From Ignisphaera sp. (GTDB lineage Archaea > Thermoproteota > Thermoprotei_A > Sulfolobales > Ignisphaeraceae): a stretch of 64,000 nt of DNA. The position numbers and the translations under genes are program-made. The notes below the pieces were generated by a model. The model ran no database searches. It saw only the letters and a program-made list of their open reading frames with translations, and was not told where the DNA came from. Below are positions 61,103-64,000 of the stretch, in pieces. The stretch spans positions 76,930 to 140,929 of the forward strand of contig JAWAHS010000002.1 of NCBI GenBank assembly GCA_038889075.1, written 5' to 3'. Within the stretch, counting starts at the first letter, position 1. Each line of letters starts with the position of its first letter.

Positions 61103-61158
61103 TAGTGATGAGCCTTGTAAGGTCTGAGGATGAAAAGTGATGAAACAGGGGAACTGAT
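61103..61158 (+). ncRNA. box C/D 2'-O-methylation guide sRNA
   Basis: C GTGATGA 61105-11, 12-nt guide, D' CTGA 61124-27, C' GTGATGA 61137-43, 10-nt guide, D CTGA 61154-57. Confidence 0.88.
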
Positions 61159-61568
61159 TGGTCTGGCTCAGTAAGAGGGAGATAGCATACTACCTAATAC
61201 TTAAAAAGAGATTTAATGGAAACGTATTCAATATTGGTGAAGCACTCGACGTGTTAATATTTTTTGGGTCAAAAAATATAGCCAAAAAAATTATAAAGAG
61301 ATTAAAATCAAAGGGATTTTTAGAGAGTGTGGGGATTGCGAGTTACAGAATTAGGGATGGGGAGGAGGTGCTTGTGAAACTTCTATCTAACTACATCTCA
61401 GAAAGGCTGTATAGAAACCTAAAGTTGAGAGGATATGGTGTATCGCTCAATAAATTAGAAGGGTACAATGTTATAGAAGTAAATAAATGTGATAGCAATG
61501 TTTTTACAATGTTGGATGTAGTTAGAGAACTTGGCATAGAAATGAGATGTATCGATTGGAAAGGGTAA
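61158..61568 (+). CDS. hypothetical protein with N-terminal winged helix
   Basis: WLSKREIAYY...FNIGEALD...AKKIIKRLKSKGFL; TTG start abuts the sRNA D box. Confidence 0.75.
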   Translation: MVWLSKREIAYYLILKKRFNGNVFNIGEALDVLIFFGSKNIAKKIIKRLKSKGFLESVGIASYRIRDGEEVLVKLLSNYISERLYRNLKLRGYGVSLNKLEGYNVIEVNKCDSNVFTMLDVVRELGIEMRCIDWKG

Positions 61569-61612
61569 AAAACAGTAAAATCTATTTTATATCTATAGTC
61601 AGGTTCGCTACT

Positions 61613-61906
61613 TTACTCTTTTTTTGATATCACTATCTCTATTGTTGAAACTCTGCTTTGTCTACCATCACTGCTTGTTATTGATTGGCTTCCTATTGAA
61701 ACTCCTCTAACTTCTACCCTTCCCGGTAGGAATCTGTTTCTAACTATTTCAATGGCATCAACGGCTTTGCTTATAGCTCTACCTCTAGCTTTTACTACTA
61801 TCTCACTTACTCCTTGATTTAGTAATGTCAGTATTGCTAATACGTAGTTCATTACAGGCTTCTTACCTACTAGTACGGTATTTGCTGCAGATGGTGTTTG
61901 GGACAT
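61613..61906 (-). CDS. albA: DNA/RNA-binding protein Alba
   Basis: [30 protein letters not shown]. Confidence 0.97.
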   Translation of the reverse strand: MSQTPSAANTVLVGKKPVMNYVLAILTLLNQGVSEIVVKARGRAISKAVDAIEIVRNRFLPGRVEVRGVSIGSQSITSSDGRQSRVSTIEIVISKKE

Positions 61907-62040
61907 TTCTTACACCTTTTGCTGAGGTTTTAGTTTTCTAAGGATAGTGTAAAATGGGTCTAGAATAAAAGTTTATCGCATGCATATCTGATGAGTTTTA
62001 CGTCTTTTGAATAATCTGCATAGCCATTTAAAGATTAAAG

Positions 62041-64000
62041 ATGGGTAATAGTATAATGATTGTAGCATACAGACATGGATGCCCTGTGTGCGGAGGATAT
62101 ATAACTAATGAGGAGTTGGCTATCGGAAGGTGTAGTAGATGCAACTCCGATTTAGGCACAAGTAATATAGGCGAACGGCTATTACAGATTTTAATTAAGG
62201 AAGTGGAAAATTTTGAAAACTTCTTTACTGCGGTAACAGGTTTTAAGCCCTTACCTCTTCAAGTGTATTGGATTAAAAGACTCCTCTTTGGCGATTCCTT
62301 TGCATTAATAGCTCCTACGGGAATAGGCAAATCAACACTACTAGCTATATATGCATTATACCGTGCGTACTTCTATGGAAATAAAGTCTATATAATAACA
62401 CCTACAAGAGAGATAGCAAAGCAATTCTATACAAGGATATGTGGCTATATTGAAAATATGCGCAGGTATGGATATATTTCAGATAAAATTAGAATTGTTT
62501 TCTACGACTCAACGGCAAAGAATACCTCTGAACTTAAGGATGCCGTTAAGGATGGTGTATTCGATATTTTAATAACCTCTGCAGCATTTTTATCGAGATA
62601 CCATACTGTGATCACTGATAAGAAAATAGATATCGTTATAGCCGACGATCTAGATTCTATTCTAAAAAATTCTAAAAATATTGATAGACTGCTAAGATTG
62701 CTAGGATTTACTGATACCGTTATAGAAAAGTGTATAAAACTGGTAAAGATGAAGCAGAATCTGATTGTCGCTAAGGCATCAAAGAAGCCTGAAATTGTTG
62801 AAGAATTGAGAAATACCATTATGGGTCTTGAAGCTGAAGTAAAGAATGAGATATCAAAGAGGGCAACTCAGCTAGTAGTAGCATCTGCCACGGGTAGAGC
62901 AAGAGGATTGAAATCCCATGTTCTAAGAGAGCTGCTAGGATTTGACACGGGTGCTATGTTTGAATACTGGAGAAATATTGAGGATCTGTATTCGTACATT
63001 GATTCAGAAATGTATACAAGGATTCTGGAAATAGTGAAGAATGCTAATAGTGGAATAATATTCTATTCAAATATGTACAAAGAGTATGTTGACAATCTGT
63101 GCGAAGAATTTGCTAAAAATGGCATAAAATTCGCTATAGCGAAAAGCGGTAATAGAGCCGTTGATAAATTTCGTAGTGGAGAAATCAATGTAGTAGTCGG
63201 ACCAGCATCATACTACGGCATACTTGTTAGAGGACTTGATGAACCTCTGAGAGTTAGGTTTACAATATTTATTGGTATTCCTCAAATAGTACGGGACCTC
63301 TATGAAAGTCTAAATAATATAAGATTTATGTATATCGTCCTTAGAAAGCTGGAAGAGATAGGGATAGAATTATCTACATTACGTAATCAGCTAATCGAAA
63401 TTATCCAAAAGAGCACACCAGCACTCCTCATAGTCTATTCAAAACTTCTAAAAAATCCCATTAATATTCCTCAAGACCTTGCTAACAACATACGTGTGCT
63501 CCAGCATATAAAGGAACGTCTGTATGAGGAAGTAAGGAGACAGGTTAATGTAAACGGTAAACTAGTTATAGATGGGTATTGTATAATAGTAGAGCATGGA
63601 GGTAAATTAATGGTGGTGAAACCTGATCCATATACATATGTACAGGCAAGTGGAAGGGCTTCGAGACTTTTTAATGGCTATAAAACATTTGGTCTTTCCA
63701 TAGTTTTTGAAAAGTATAAGGAACTCATAGATATTCTTGAATACAGATTGAAACGTTTAGTCAACTTTAATGGATTTAGAGAACTCGATATGAAAAATAT
63801 TGAAGAATGCATTTGTAAAATAGTAGAGTCTAGAATTCACCGTAATAGTAGTGATATTAGAGGTGGCATCTCTACAGCACTTATAGTTGTTGAGTCGCCT
63901 ACAAAAGCAAAGACTATAGCATCAATGTTCGGAAAGCCTGCAAAGAGAATCTTTAATGATGTAATTGTATATGAAACCATCGTTCCCATTGATATGGATA
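62041..64000 (+). CDS. rgy: reverse gyrase, N-terminal part (runs off window)
   Basis: translated by hand from ATG 62041: Zn finger CPVC...CSRC, APTGIGKS, DDLD, SAT, RGLD, YVQASGRASR, Toprim VESPTKAKTI. Confidence 0.95.
   Translation, partial: MGNSIMIVAYRHGCPVCGGYITNEELAIGRCSRCNSDLGTSNIGERLLQILIKEVENFENFFTAVTGFKPLPLQVYWIKRLLFGDSFALIAPTGIGKSTLLAIYALYRAYFYGNKVYIITPTREIAKQFYTRICGYIENMRRYGYISDKIRIVFYDSTAKNTSELKDAVKDGVFDILITSAAFLSRYHTVITDKKIDIVIADDLDSILKNSKNIDRLLRLLGFTDTVIEKCIKLVKMKQNLIVAKASKKPEIVEELRNTIMGLEAEVKNEISKRATQLVVASATGRARGLKSHVLRELLGFDTGAMFEYWRNIEDLYSYIDSEMYTRILEIVKNANSGIIFYSNMYKEYVDNLCEEFAKNGIKFAIAKSGNRAVDKFRSGEINVVVGPASYYGILVRGLDEPLRVRFTIFIGIPQIVRDLYESLNNIRFMYIVLRKLEEIGIELSTLRNQLIEIIQKSTPALLIVYSKLLKNPINIPQDLANNIRVLQHIKERLYEEVRRQVNVNGKLVIDGYCIIVEHGGKLMVVKPDPYTYVQASGRASRLFNGYKTFGLSIVFEKYKELIDILEYRLKRLVNFNGFRELDMKNIEECICKIVESRIHRNSSDIRGGISTALIVVESPTKAKTIASMFGKPAKRIFNDVIVYETIVPIDMD

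Overview
AT-rich window from a hyperthermophilic crenarchaeon; Desulfurococcales, Ignisphaera-like is my inference from reverse gyrase, Alba, Elf1, the long Rps6e and BHB-intron tRNA. 0-43.5 kb is mostly carbohydrate uptake and catabolism: two Opp/Dpp-family ABC systems, a Thermotoga-type inositol cassette (iolG-iolM-iolN-iolO), a tagatose-kinase-like PfkB / GatZ-KbaZ-like / SIS deaminase / BadF kinase block, three further Gfo/Idh/MocA enzymes, GH20 and GH31. It also holds three tRNAs (Asp, Glu, and a Pro with two introns), a HEPN-MNT pair and a ~295 bp GC-rich structured element resembling a TnpB-free IS200/IS605/IS607 miniature. 43.9-64 kb is core machinery: the rps13-rps2/rpoD/rpoN operon, isoprenoid genes, gltX, a rearranged rpl7ae-rps28e-rpl24e-infB-rps6e-eif2g-rpoE1 block, a C/D-box sRNA, alba and a truncated reverse gyrase. 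The best leads are the orphan omega-RNA-like element and the archaeal inositol/tagatose catabolic locus. All family assignments come from motif recognition, not database searches.
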